Virus record (IMG/VR): IMGVR_UViG_3300019850_000189
Span: 32,001 to 96,000 of that record
Direction: 5' to 3' (one strand)
DNA: 64,000 nt
DNA from: a virus
Shown here: in pieces, positions 37,674-47,721 of the stretch
Position numbering within the stretch: the first letter of the stretch is position 1
Layout: every line of letters starts with the position of its first letter
Notes under the pieces: model-generated
The model's input: only the letters and a program-made list of their open reading frames with translations
What the model was told of the DNA's origin: nothing
Database searches by the model: none
Made by a program: the position numbers and the translations under genes

Positions 37674-39725
37674 ATGAAAGTAAGAAAAAATGTTCGCAAC
37701 ATTAAAACAAATACAAAAGATTCAACCCCATTTACCATCAAAACATCCGGCAAGGCTTTTAAAATTCTCTCCGATAATCTTTATTCAGATAAACACGCGG
37801 CAATTATAAGAGAACTAAGCTGTAATGCTTATGATTCTCATATAGAGGCGAATAAAGAAAATGTTCCTTTTGAAATACACCTACCAACAAAATGGCAGCC
37901 CTGGTTATCCGTTAAAGATTACGGAGTTGGAATGTCCCATGAACAGATGCTGAATCTTTATACCTCTTATTTCGATTCGGATAAAACAGACACAAATGAA
38001 TTGACTGGTGTCTTAGGCCTTGGCTCAAAAAGCCCTTTTGCCTATACTGATGTTTTTACTGTTACATCTATTCATGGAGGTAAAAAGCGAATATACAGTT
38101 GTTTTATTGATAGTGACGGAACTCCTAACATAACTCTTATGGATGAATCCGATACAGATGATTGCAGTGGTGTTGAAGTCAAATTAACAGTTAAACCAAA
38201 TGATTTTGATGATTTTTCACGGAAAGCCGGCCATATACTATCTGTATTCAAGGTTAGACCCAAGGTGACAGGCCCAAAAGAATTCACTTATGACAAAGTA
38301 AAGACTATATTTTCAGGCAAGGACTGGAGTTTCAACAATAGCATAAGCCATGTACCTCGTGCTATTCAGGGGAATGTTTTTTATCCTATAAACTACGAAA
38401 GTGTTAAGGGCCAGCTCAATGATAAACAGCTGTTTGTGTTGCAAAATAGATTTGATATAAACTTTGATATAGGCGAGTTGGATGTTGCTGCGTCAAGGGA
38501 AGATCTGAGTTATGATAACATAACAAGCGAAAATATAAAAAATAAAGCGAAAAAAGTATATGATAGATTCCACAGTACGGTTACAAGGCATCTAAATAAA
38601 TGCAATACATTATGGGAAGCCAAATTGTATATTAAGAAAATCATAGGAAATATGTATTACCATACTGGGTTCAAGTTCTTTTATAAAGGAAAGGAAATTT
38701 TTGATAATGACTTTCAGGCCGGCCATGTGAATGGCGTCAAGATTATTTCATACTCCACGCAGTACAGCAATATTATAAAAAGAACGGATTTGTCACATGA
38801 ACCTTATATCAGAATAGCAGCCTCGGAAAGTAAGTGTTTTATAATTAATGATGAAGAAAGAAAAGGAATTTCCAAGGCAAGATATTTGGTCTCCACAGAT
38901 AGAAATGTAAGAATAGTTTATTTGATAGAGGGCGATCACAAAGCATTTTTTAATCTCATAGGCAATCCCCCTTATAAGATGGCATCTTCGATCCCAACAC
39001 CCCCCAAAATCACAGGCCTATATACGCGCGATAGTAAAAGAATATTTGCTCCCATTACGTATGGTCAGTTTGACAAAGGAAAATCTGTATATTATGATTC
39101 TATTAAGGAACAAAAAAGAATATTTTATATGGCCACGAAACATAATACTATATACGGTGGGGGAGAAAAGTTGAGCTTCGCCATGGTGAGAAATTATATA
39201 AAAACTGCGAAGCAATTAGGAATTATTAATAGTGATACAGTTGTTTATGGAATATCTACATTTAACATCAAGCGAAATAAATTGGAATCTCAAAAACAGT
39301 TCAAGGAATTTTTTGCATATACAAAAAAAAGGGTAATATCTAAGATCAATAAATTAAAAGATGAGATTTTAGAGCATAAAAAGATTGTCGCTAATTATGA
39401 ATATATAAAGCCCGATATCGAGCTCTGTAGAATCATGGGTAATGATGAAAATATTGCAACAGTGTTGCGCGGATCGAGATTCATAAAAATAAAGGAAGAA
39501 CACGATAATATAAAAAAATTGTATTATAAAAATGATGAGATCATTAATGCATTAATTAAAATGGTTACATTTTTCGGCCTAAACATTGATATCGACGTCC
39601 ATGATGATATTGAATTGATAACAGATAGATATCCGCTCTTAAAAATAATTGAGCATTGGAATATGCGTCGTAATTTTGATGAAATATGCGAATATATCAA
39701 GCTCGTGGATGATAACTTGAAATGA
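37674..39725 (+). CDS. rIIA: rIIA-like protein (GHKL/Hsp90-type ATPase N-domain)
   Basis: AFKILSDNLYSDKHAAIIRELSCNAYDSH, KDYGVGMS, LGLGSKSPFAY. Confidence 0.88.
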   Translation: MKVRKNVRNIKTNTKDSTPFTIKTSGKAFKILSDNLYSDKHAAIIRELSCNAYDSHIEANKENVPFEIHLPTKWQPWLSVKDYGVGMSHEQMLNLYTSYFDSDKTDTNELTGVLGLGSKSPFAYTDVFTVTSIHGGKKRIYSCFIDSDGTPNITLMDESDTDDCSGVEVKLTVKPNDFDDFSRKAGHILSVFKVRPKVTGPKEFTYDKVKTIFSGKDWSFNNSISHVPRAIQGNVFYPINYESVKGQLNDKQLFVLQNRFDINFDIGELDVAASREDLSYDNITSENIKNKAKKVYDRFHSTVTRHLNKCNTLWEAKLYIKKIIGNMYYHTGFKFFYKGKEIFDNDFQAGHVNGVKIISYSTQYSNIIKRTDLSHEPYIRIAASESKCFIINDEERKGISKARYLVSTDRNVRIVYLIEGDHKAFFNLIGNPPYKMASSIPTPPKITGLYTRDSKRIFAPITYGQFDKGKSVYYDSIKEQKRIFYMATKHNTIYGGGEKLSFAMVRNYIKTAKQLGIINSDTVVYGISTFNIKRNKLESQKQFKEFFAYTKKRVISKINKLKDEILEHKKIVANYEYIKPDIELCRIMGNDENIATVLRGSRFIKIKEEHDNIKKLYYKNDEIINALIKMVTFFGLNIDIDVHDDIELITDRYPLLKIIEHWNMRRNFDEICEYIKLVDDNLK

Positions 39726-39910
39726 AATACATTATAACAGAAAATTCAATTAATGTGTGTATCGGTAGTCGAACATTCATTTGCGATAACACCTATAAAT
39801 ATTTTGATGACATTAAAAAAGCCCTGGAGAGTGGCGGCCCAAAGTCAAAGATTATTCATTTATTTCGCAAACAAACTATAGCAGCAGCAAAAGCATTGTT
39901 AGTGAAATGA
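39722..39910 (+). pseudogene. Truncated rIIB-like N-terminal fragment
   Basis: MKYIITENSINVCIGSRTFICDNTYKYFDDIKKAL resembles rIIB N-termini; only 62 aa, running into a convergent endonuclease. Confidence 0.55.
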
Positions 39911-40645
39911 GAAGTCTCGTTCGCGAATTCTTATAAATTTAAAATCCGGAAAATACTTTTCTATCTCTTTTTGCCTTCTGACATCTTTTTCTAATAATTT
40001 TCCATCTTTATAATGCCTTTCTTCATCCCACTCCATGATGAGTTTTTTATCAAAATTTATATAATCTACCCAATACCCCAGCTCTTCTGTGTAGTATTCT
40101 CCTCCATTGGTGGCGTACTGACCGATAGTGTTGTTCAATCGATCGAATTTCTTGAAATACTCACAACCCCTTTTACTCCAGTTGGGAAATATTTGCGTTC
40201 CCTTCTTGTTGCTTATATATTTTATCATAGATATCCGCTTTTTTAGCCTAATATCTGCTTCTTTCTTACCATATATTTCTTTGTAGGTTTTGCCTTTCAT
40301 CCTTTTGGTAATATGGGGACATTTCTTGCCCATTTGAGCTCTTGATATGGCTTCTTTTGTTTTCTCTGACCGCCTTTTACCGTACATTGGGTGATTTGTT
40401 CCTGAGATGTCGAAATGATTTTCCTTTATTTTCCTACGGCTTTCTATTGTATGTTTCTTTTTATAAAAGTGGTTTAGTGGCCCCTTTGCTCTGCAAGATT
40501 TACACAAATCTTTGCCTGTTTTCTTTCTGATTATACTATTTTTGTAGTTTTTGACAATAGATACCCATTCTTTGCCACAATCATCGCATTTTAATACAAT
40601 TTTAGTTCTGCCGGCAGTGCCCTCTGAAAATGTTGTGAGTAACAT
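39899..40645 (-). CDS. Homing endonuclease (Zn finger, NUMOD3 repeats, Vsr-like nuclease)
   Basis: CDDC / CKSC; NHFYKKKHT and NHPMYGKRRSE NUMOD3 repeats; GYWVDY...IMEWDEERH. Confidence 0.8.
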   Translation of the reverse strand: MLLTTFSEGTAGRTKIVLKCDDCGKEWVSIVKNYKNSIIRKKTGKDLCKSCRAKGPLNHFYKKKHTIESRRKIKENHFDISGTNHPMYGKRRSEKTKEAISRAQMGKKCPHITKRMKGKTYKEIYGKKEADIRLKKRISMIKYISNKKGTQIFPNWSKRGCEYFKKFDRLNNTIGQYATNGGEYYTEELGYWVDYINFDKKLIMEWDEERHYKDGKLLEKDVRRQKEIEKYFPDFKFIRIRERDFSFH

Positions 40646-40654
40646 AAAAAGTCC

Positions 40655-40683
40655 TTTACAATTATGCTTATATATGTTATCTT
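40655..40683 (+). promoter_or_regulatory. Sigma70-like promoter
   Basis: TTTACA-17 nt-TATCTT with upstream TG. Confidence 0.55.
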
Positions 40684-40708
40684 ACATATATACACTGTGG
40701 AGGACAAT

Positions 40709-41458
40709 ATGAATTACATTAATAAAGATTATAAGTCAGAAAGCTTTAAAAATCGTATTGAGGTATCTCTTGCAAACGTTTCAGTCTCTCCAAATGATGA
40801 ATTTAGATTGATTAAGACTAGCTACCAACCCTTCAATTGCGAGCTGTGTGGGCATGTTGGCTGCGTTTATCAGTTCACAATAGAAAATCTGAAAACCAAA
40901 AAACAGATTAATGTTGGCTCGGAGTGTATCTCGCACTTTAAAAATTCTGGTGTAGATATCAATCTTGCTATGGGACTTTTAAAAAGAGTACAGAAGACAG
41001 TTCTTAAAGCAAGAAAAGATATGAGGTTAGATATTGATAAGGGCGACTATGATAAGCTATCTATCGATAAAAAGAGAGATCTTACTCTCAAATATTTTAT
41101 GAGAGCTCAAGCAAAAGAATTACTTTTCGATGTTAGAATTGGCAAAGCCACTTTGTCAAGGCGACAGGTGAATGACATTTTGGATCTGGGTCTCGATAAG
41201 GAACTTAAGCGCGCACAGGATAGTGCTGATAGAATAAGAAAAGCAAAAGAGCAATTGGCGAGGCGCGCCGAGAGACATAAATGGCTTATGGATTATTCGG
41301 GTGATAATTTATTTATCAAAGGCTTAAAAAATGGCCTGCGACGATATAGTCACCTAACCGAGAAACAAGAAAAGTATCTACAGATCGTGATTAACCAAGA
41401 AAAAGCTAGAATTATTAGAGCAAAAAAAGCCGAGCAATATCATAAACTCGCTTTATAA
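40709..41458 (+). CDS. Hypothetical zinc-binding protein
   Basis: GGAGG SD; CELCGH...VGSECI. Confidence 0.7.
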   Translation: MNYINKDYKSESFKNRIEVSLANVSVSPNDEFRLIKTSYQPFNCELCGHVGCVYQFTIENLKTKKQINVGSECISHFKNSGVDINLAMGLLKRVQKTVLKARKDMRLDIDKGDYDKLSIDKKRDLTLKYFMRAQAKELLFDVRIGKATLSRRQVNDILDLGLDKELKRAQDSADRIRKAKEQLARRAERHKWLMDYSGDNLFIKGLKNGLRRYSHLTEKQEKYLQIVINQEKARIIRAKKAEQYHKLAL

Positions 41459-41541
41459 ACAGTATCACAATAAGGGATACATATCACATAAACAATCAAG
41501 AATTTTATATAACATATATAAATCTATAAGGAGTGAAAAAA

Positions 41542-41895
41542 ATGAGATCCATTGAAACAACAACAACATCATTAGGCGCTGATTATGATGGCATAACTGA
41601 TATCAGCCTTCGGCATCTCGAGCAATTTAGCAACAAAAAACTTGTTTCCGTGCGCATTACCCATGGTGATATTGACACAAAATGCGCATTCATATTCGAA
41701 GATATGACTTCTTATGTAGCTTCCGGTTTTGCCATAGGCTATGGCGGTGAGGGCCCTCATGGGCTTTGGAAAGCTATTCGCATGTGGCATCCGAACAAGA
41801 TCTCAGCTGATTTTTGGGAAACTGAAATACCAAAACTGCTTATTAACAAAAATTATACATGGACAGCTGATCATGGTTTTGAGGAAACAGTATAG
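41542..41895 (+). CDS. Hypothetical protein
   Basis: AAGGAG SD; SGFAIGYGGEGPHGL motif. Confidence 0.7.
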   Translation: MRSIETTTTSLGADYDGITDISLRHLEQFSNKKLVSVRITHGDIDTKCAFIFEDMTSYVASGFAIGYGGEGPHGLWKAIRMWHPNKISADFWETEIPKLLINKNYTWTADHGFEETV

Positions 41896-41983
41896 AAGGA
41901 TTAAAATGTTACATATAGGTTTATCTAAATATTTTACAGATTCAAAGAACACTTTTAAGAATTTGAAAGTTGGAGGTAAATAA

Positions 41984-44137
41984 ATGTCTATTATTCCTGT
42001 TATATGCGTTCATGCCGCTACAATCGCTCAGGCTCATGAGAAAGCCTTAAAAGAATTATGGAAAAACGGCATTAGGATTAAAACTCAATATGATGGCCCT
42101 GAGGATCCTCCATCAATAGATGCTACTGCTAATATAACTATTGATGACCCATTGGCAGACCCTATGATTCATAAAGCTTTTCCAGGAGGGATCGAAGATT
42201 TACGCGAATACGTCATGGAACTGAGTGGTCTCAAGGATCATTGGGTGAGAAATATGAATGATGCAGATGATAAACGCTGGGAGTATACATATCATTCCAG
42301 ATTTGCGGATTGGGGCTCTCACTACGAATTGGTTTCCGGTAATCGCACAATAATTTCTCCTTTTGATGGTGAGATTGATCAGATTGATATAGTCGCTAAA
42401 AAACTGGCGCAATGCTCCTATACAAGAAGGGCACAGATGATAACATGGATGCCATATATGGATAATGATATCGAAGATCCGCCATGTTTCGCCGCGGGAA
42501 CTCTTGTATCTACACCATCTGGTCCCATTCGCATAGAAGAACTTCGCGAATCGGATAGTGTTTATGTATACGATTTATCAGCCGGAACATATTATATTAA
42601 TCAAGTGCGCAAACCGTTTAAGAAGAAGAGTGATTGTGTAAAAATAAGCACTCCGCATGCAAGTGCAGAGGTTTCTGAAGAACAATACATGTTCACAAAA
42701 GATGGTTGGATTATGGCTCGCGATTTGCAACCCGGAATGGAAATACGTATGCCAACAATTTGTACTGGCTCAGATGTGTCGGATAGTATGTTTGTTGGAT
42801 TTATGTTTGGGGATGGTTGGTTATCTAGTGGTTTTATTAATAGAAAAAACAGAAAAAAACCTATAAAACGTTGTCAAGTTTCATGCTCAATACATCCGGA
42901 ATCCAATGATTTATGGATAAAAGAATATTTTAATTATCATTCAAACAACAAGGTTCAAATATATGAACAGCGCACAAATAATAAAAAATACGGTATATGT
43001 GGTGTTTCAAAAACCGTATCTATTACAGATAGGAATTTATGGGAAAAATTGATTGATGCTGGTTGTCCTGTGGGTAGAAAAGGGGGGAAAGTTGGTTGGG
43101 ATATGAATGGCAAATCAGATGCTGATTGCAAGGATTTTTTGACTGGCATATTTTCGGCCGAAGGGAGTATTTCTTGGGCGGCGTCTGGTAATAGACCAAA
43201 TATATCTATCAGTATGAAATGGCCAGAAGCAATTAAATTGGTTAGAGAATTATTGAACAAATTTAACATACAACATAAATTTTATATAACATCAACAAAC
43301 GGTTTACATCAACTGCAAATAATGGGCCATGCTGCCATAGAAAAAGCATTAGAAACATTCGATTTTAGGTTGGATAGTAGAAAACAAGCTAAATTTATGT
43401 TGTTAAAAGCCAAGCTGATGAGTTCGAAGATGGCTTTGTTTGAGCGCGCTTCGCGCGTGCGCGAGGCACGCCGTCTAAAAAAGGAGGGAGCTACGCAGCG
43501 TAAATTGAGGGAAAGCATTAAAGGGTTTTATAATCGTTGGCTTGATGAAAGTTATGTCCCATCCTTCAGGTGGCAACCGATTCACGCCGATGAACAGACT
43601 CATAATTCAGTTTGGTCGCCTATTATCAGCAAGATATTCACCGGCTCTAAAGATGTTTATGACTTTGAGGTTGAGCACAAAGATCATGCCATCATTGCTA
43701 ATGGCTATGTGGCGCATAACTGTATACAATCATTATATTTTAGGATTACCGAAGAGATTACAGAAGATATGATGACAGTGTGGCATCTTCATACTAATGT
43801 GAGAATCAGGTCTAATGATGCCTGGGGAGCCTCCTTTATGAATTTGTTTGGTATTACAATGTTTGTTCGAGATGTAATAATCCCAAAAATTAATGAGTAT
43901 CGCGATGTGCCAAGTGAAATATACATGGCAAGATTAAATTGGCAGGCTGATTCATATCATATTTATGGAAAAGATATAAGTGATTTTAAAAAGAGATTCA
44001 TTGATAAGATTGGGATTCAACCACCAGAAAAAAGGTTTTATAATTTTTATGATCCACTTATACAGGAAATATACTCGGAGGCCGAAGAGAAAGTACTTAA
44101 AAAGATAGCGGACTATGACGCAACTCATCCAAGATAA
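41984..44137 (+). CDS. thyA: Thymidylate synthase-like protein interrupted by an intein
   Basis: Extein YTYHSRF...TRRAQMITW...DPP/CIQSL...RSNDAWGASFMN...SYHIY; the Asn after the RSND motif suggests dUMP specificity. Confidence 0.85.
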   Translation: MSIIPVICVHAATIAQAHEKALKELWKNGIRIKTQYDGPEDPPSIDATANITIDDPLADPMIHKAFPGGIEDLREYVMELSGLKDHWVRNMNDADDKRWEYTYHSRFADWGSHYELVSGNRTIISPFDGEIDQIDIVAKKLAQCSYTRRAQMITWMPYMDNDIEDPPCFAAGTLVSTPSGPIRIEELRESDSVYVYDLSAGTYYINQVRKPFKKKSDCVKISTPHASAEVSEEQYMFTKDGWIMARDLQPGMEIRMPTICTGSDVSDSMFVGFMFGDGWLSSGFINRKNRKKPIKRCQVSCSIHPESNDLWIKEYFNYHSNNKVQIYEQRTNNKKYGICGVSKTVSITDRNLWEKLIDAGCPVGRKGGKVGWDMNGKSDADCKDFLTGIFSAEGSISWAASGNRPNISISMKWPEAIKLVRELLNKFNIQHKFYITSTNGLHQLQIMGHAAIEKALETFDFRLDSRKQAKFMLLKAKLMSSKMALFERASRVREARRLKKEGATQRKLRESIKGFYNRWLDESYVPSFRWQPIHADEQTHNSVWSPIISKIFTGSKDVYDFEVEHKDHAIIANGYVAHNCIQSLYFRITEEITEDMMTVWHLHTNVRIRSNDAWGASFMNLFGITMFVRDVIIPKINEYRDVPSEIYMARLNWQADSYHIYGKDISDFKKRFIDKIGIQPPEKRFYNFYDPLIQEIYSEAEEKVLKKIADYDATHPR
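42485..43720 (+). mobile_element. Intein with LAGLIDADG endonuclease (412 aa)
   Basis: CFAAGTLV start; GFMFGDGW and GIFSAEGSI motifs; VYDFEVEH...NGYVAHN followed by +1 Cys, the catalytic Cys of the PPC motif. Confidence 0.92.
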
Positions 44138-44157
44138 TATAAAATGTTGAGGCAATC

Positions 44158-44523
44158 ATGGATTATACAGATGATGTTGTGTGTCCGAGGTGTGGCTATG
44201 AAATGGCATCGCTAGAGCATGATGCTGGTGACGAAATTGGTGAGCTATATTGTTTGCTATGCGGGTTTGGCGCGCGGGTTTCTCTTAAGACTAGGAAAAT
44301 AAAAGAAGTGATATTAGAGCCACCTCTACAAATGATTAAGATATCCAAGATATTGCAAGGTATTCTTTCCACACTAGAAGAAGCTGATAATTTCTGGGAT
44401 TTTATATACAACTTTACATGGCTTGATAGTGTGTATGATAAGAAAAAGCTTAATGTCAACCGCGAAGTTAAAACGGCATTGTTAGGTCTCAGTACTGAGG
44501 GGCATATATTAAAAGCCGAATGA
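44158..44523 (+). CDS. Zinc-ribbon hypothetical protein
   Basis: CPRC and CLLC; GAGG SD. Confidence 0.65.
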   Translation: MDYTDDVVCPRCGYEMASLEHDAGDEIGELYCLLCGFGARVSLKTRKIKEVILEPPLQMIKISKILQGILSTLEEADNFWDFIYNFTWLDSVYDKKKLNVNREVKTALLGLSTEGHILKAE

Positions 44524-44795
44524 TGGACTACAAAAAAGATTTTTGTGAACATATAGATTGCCCAGAACATCCAAACCATTATGAACATAAAGATGGTTTG
44601 ATCTCACATGCAAATGAAGGCGATCATCTGCTTGGCACCACTATTGAAGACGTAATGCGCAATGCTACTCATGTTGTTATACAAATAAATGGCATTATAA
44701 TTCCCTTTGCCTGCTCCGTCTGTTCCAATCACAAAGAAATAGATATGGAGTCTCTCATGAAAAGAGAGGCAGCAAAAAAAGAGCTGAAGAAATGA
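44520..44795 (+). CDS. Hypothetical protein
   Basis: Coupled; CEHIDC / CSVC. Confidence 0.6.
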   Translation: MMDYKKDFCEHIDCPEHPNHYEHKDGLISHANEGDHLLGTTIEDVMRNATHVVIQINGIIIPFACSVCSNHKEIDMESLMKREAAKKELKK

Positions 44796-45640
44796 TAATA
44801 TCCCCATTAAAATGGAACGGTTCAAAGGCCAAGCTTATCGAGGCAATACTAGAGATAGTTCCACAACACTATAACAGATATTTTGAACCATTCATGGGCT
44901 CTGGATCTGTAATGCTCAATATAAATCCGCAGAAAGCTTACTGCTCCGATATAATAGAAGAGCCAATTAACACAATGCAAGTTATCAAAGATAAACCAGG
45001 CGAACTTATAAATGAATTTGTGAAATATGCATCTATTTTGTGGGAAGATAGCGGCCAGTTTTATTATGAAGCACGAAATGAATACAATAGAGACAAATAT
45101 TCTATGCCCGCAATAGACAAGGCGGCTGCCATTATGTTTCTCTTAAGGTCAGGTTTTAATGGATTAGTTCGTTTTAATAAGGATGGTTGTTGGGATGTTC
45201 CTTGGGGGAAACGTGGTACTAAGGATACTGGCAATCCAATATTCAACAGTGATTATGAGAAATTAATTCTTGAAACCAGCAATATATTAAATCAAGGTGA
45301 TAAACAATTTGTTGTTTGCTCATTTGAGCAAAGCATAGCACAAGCTCAGGAAGGCGATTTGGTGTATGCGAATCCTCATTTAAATACCGATTACAATTCG
45401 TATAGTGGTTATGATTGGACAAAAGAACAAGAAAAATTATTATATGATGAATTGCTGAAGGCCTCTGATAGAGGCGCAAAATTTATTCTGAGCAACGTTT
45501 ATATATACAAAGGCAAAAAAAATAAAAAGTTGCTTAAAATCTTCGGAAATTTTCACCACACTATTATAAATCATCAATATATTATGGGGCCCATGGGCCA
45601 TAAAAGGCCCTTGGTTTCAGAAATACTTATTTATAATTAA
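44792..45640 (+). CDS. Dam-family (D12-class) adenine methyltransferase homolog with degenerate catalytic motif
   Basis: SPLKWNGSK, EPFMGSGSV, FNGLVRFNKDG..NVPWG-like segment; DPPY position reads ANPHL. Confidence 0.8.
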   Translation: MIISPLKWNGSKAKLIEAILEIVPQHYNRYFEPFMGSGSVMLNINPQKAYCSDIIEEPINTMQVIKDKPGELINEFVKYASILWEDSGQFYYEARNEYNRDKYSMPAIDKAAAIMFLLRSGFNGLVRFNKDGCWDVPWGKRGTKDTGNPIFNSDYEKLILETSNILNQGDKQFVVCSFEQSIAQAQEGDLVYANPHLNTDYNSYSGYDWTKEQEKLLYDELLKASDRGAKFILSNVYIYKGKKNKKLLKIFGNFHHTIINHQYIMGPMGHKRPLVSEILIYN

Positions 45641-45657
45641 AACACATATATAGCAAT

Positions 45658-46089
45658 ATGAAAAAAATATATACATTTTCTGGAAATTTCTGCTCAGAGG
45701 ACTTATCAAGGGATGTTCATTTGCCTATTCATAGATTTCCTAACTGTGTTTGGGATGATGATATAGATAGTCTTATGAAATATATACGTAGAGAGTCAGT
45801 AAAAATGACGGAATGGTCTATAAAAAATATTGGCTATTATCCCTCAATGGTGGTTCTCGATGGAATGATCAATACATTTAATATCAAGCATAACAAAATT
45901 GAAAGTAATATATGGCATGTTTTTTCTATACATTTGATCAATTTGAGGGAATGTGGAGACATATATAAAGGTAAATACGGGGTTGTTTCATTTGCTAAAA
46001 TGCAGAAACTTATTGAGAAAAACAACCTGGACAAAAAAACCCTAAAGATAAACAATAGAACTGTGGCAAAAGGAAAGAAAAGCAGATGA
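45658..46089 (+). CDS. Hypothetical protein
   Basis: 143-aa ORF directly after a CATATATA motif. Confidence 0.55.
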   Translation: MKKIYTFSGNFCSEDLSRDVHLPIHRFPNCVWDDDIDSLMKYIRRESVKMTEWSIKNIGYYPSMVVLDGMINTFNIKHNKIESNIWHVFSIHLINLRECGDIYKGKYGVVSFAKMQKLIEKNNLDKKTLKINNRTVAKGKKSR

Positions 46090-46180
46090 TTATATTTTCT
46101 CTCACGACTATGAATACCAATAATACAGAAGATGATGAAGGTATGCTCATGAGGGAGTAATCGACTTGGTATCGTTGCAG

Positions 46181-46210
46181 CTCCCTCTTATTAAAAAGAG
46201 GGAGTTTTTT
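46181..46210 (+). terminator. Intrinsic terminator
   Basis: ctccctctt / aagagggag stem plus T6. Confidence 0.8.
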
Positions 46211-46279
46211 GGCATATATGATTTCACTTTATAAATTGTTCTTTGACATACATATATATTATATAATAAGAGGCAAAAA

Positions 46280-46507
46280 ATGACTGTAAGATTCCGTAAT
46301 GTTCTTCACCGTATCAAAAATGAGGAAGAACTTTTCAAATTTTTTGAGAAAAATGCTAGATTTGTTTCTGAAGGAATTTATTATTGTGCCGGTATTTATG
46401 CCAATGACACAGCAGATCTATTTGAGGATCTCAAAAAAGCCTGGAAGAAGAACAAGAAAGAATACAAAGCTGGCTCAGCAAGAAAGTTGCTTGAAAATAT
46501 TGCTTAA
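46280..46507 (+). CDS. Hypothetical protein
   Basis: GAGG SD. Confidence 0.6.
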   Translation: MTVRFRNVLHRIKNEEELFKFFEKNARFVSEGIYYCAGIYANDTADLFEDLKKAWKKNKKEYKAGSARKLLENIA

Positions 46508-46637
46508 GAAAACACATCAAGCAAAGAGACTTCTAAAATTTGTGTATTTTTTGTGGAGAACCTGAAGAAAGAAAATGACGAAGAGAAAGTGCGCTGTAAA
46601 CTTGTCCCCTTTGGAAGATATCAATAAAAGATTTAGC

Positions 46638-46709
46638 GGCCCCGTCGGCTAGTGGTTAGGCCGCCAGATTCTCAATCTGGAAATAGCAGTTCAATCCTGC
46701 TCGGGGCTA
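46638..46709 (+). tRNA. tRNA-Glu(CTC)
   Basis: Cloverleaf; acceptor ggccccg/cggggct; loop ttCTCaa. Confidence 0.92.
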
Positions 46710-46791
46710 AAGAGTGGGGATGGAACAAGACCATCGGGAAAATTGAATGTCTATAGTTTCCGAGTGATAGGATGGATCAGAAAAAAATTAG

Positions 46792-46862
46792 GCCACCGTA
46801 GAATAATGGTAGTTCACTGGACCTTCAATCCAGAGATTCCGGATCATTACCGGCCGGTGGCA
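46792..46862 (+). tRNA. tRNA-Glu(TTC), atypical (C33, T-loop ATCATTA)
   Basis: gccaccg/cggtggc; ctgga-ccTTCaa-tccag. Confidence 0.8.
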
Positions 46863-46868
46863 ATTTTC

Positions 46869-46898
46869 TTTACAAAAATGCTTTTTTCGAGGTATAAT
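46869..46898 (+). promoter_or_regulatory. Sigma70-like promoter
   Basis: TTTACA-18 nt-TATAAT; ATG 7 nt downstream of the -10. Confidence 0.65.
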
Positions 46899-46904
46899 AT
46901 AAAT

Positions 46905-47717
46905 ATGAAAAAGTTATTAGGATTTCACATAAGCGGAGCTTCAAAGAATTTGATAGCGAATAGGGATTTCCTAAAGAAAACTGGATTGAGGAATTTTCAG
47001 GTTTTTGTTTCTTCTCCAGCTTCAGGCGCAATGCCAAAACTGTCACCAGAAATGATAGAACTCATGAAGAATTATCATGTGATAGTTCATAGTCCTTATT
47101 GGGTAACATTATCCAGGAAAAAGAGTCTTGGATTTAATCTCGAGTGGGTAATTAGTTTGTTATATCAGGTAGCTGATAATGGATTAAGTATAGATTATGT
47201 AACTCATTTAGGATATCCAGATAAGAGAGCAGGAGAGTATGTCTCTTATGAGGAATCTATCGAAAATACAGTGGATTATTTAAGAAAATTACTTGTTAAA
47301 TGGCCAAAGCATCTTAAGAATACCAGAATTCTGCCGGAAACCGATTCTGGTTCAAAAAATGGCAATGGATTTTCAGGCCTGAAGGGAATAAAGAAAATTG
47401 TCCAAAGAATAAATGATTCTAGAGTTGGAATATGTTATGATACCGAGCATTTATATGCGGCAGGTGAAGATGATCCAACAGAAAAGGATTGGAATTTAAT
47501 CAAGCTGGTTCATCTTAATTCAATTCCGGATAAGGTAGAGAAAGGATCTCATTTGGATAGGCATGGAAAGACATTGATAACTGAATGTAAGGAAGGGCCA
47601 GATTGGGTTTTGGATAAAGCAAGAGAAGCATATAAAAGAAAAATTCCAATGATTCTTGAAAGAAGCGATATGGATGTAGTTTTGAAGGATATAAAATTTA
47701 TATTGGAGCATATATAA
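46905..47717 (+). CDS. nfo: Endonuclease IV (AP endonuclease family 2)
   Basis: Zn-ligand motifs HSPY, THLG, PET, DTEH, VHLN, DRH, ILE. Start moved to 46905 because the longer ORF overlaps a tRNA. Confidence 0.85.
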   Translation: MKKLLGFHISGASKNLIANRDFLKKTGLRNFQVFVSSPASGAMPKLSPEMIELMKNYHVIVHSPYWVTLSRKKSLGFNLEWVISLLYQVADNGLSIDYVTHLGYPDKRAGEYVSYEESIENTVDYLRKLLVKWPKHLKNTRILPETDSGSKNGNGFSGLKGIKKIVQRINDSRVGICYDTEHLYAAGEDDPTEKDWNLIKLVHLNSIPDKVEKGSHLDRHGKTLITECKEGPDWVLDKAREAYKRKIPMILERSDMDVVLKDIKFILEHI

Positions 47718-47721
47718 TATT

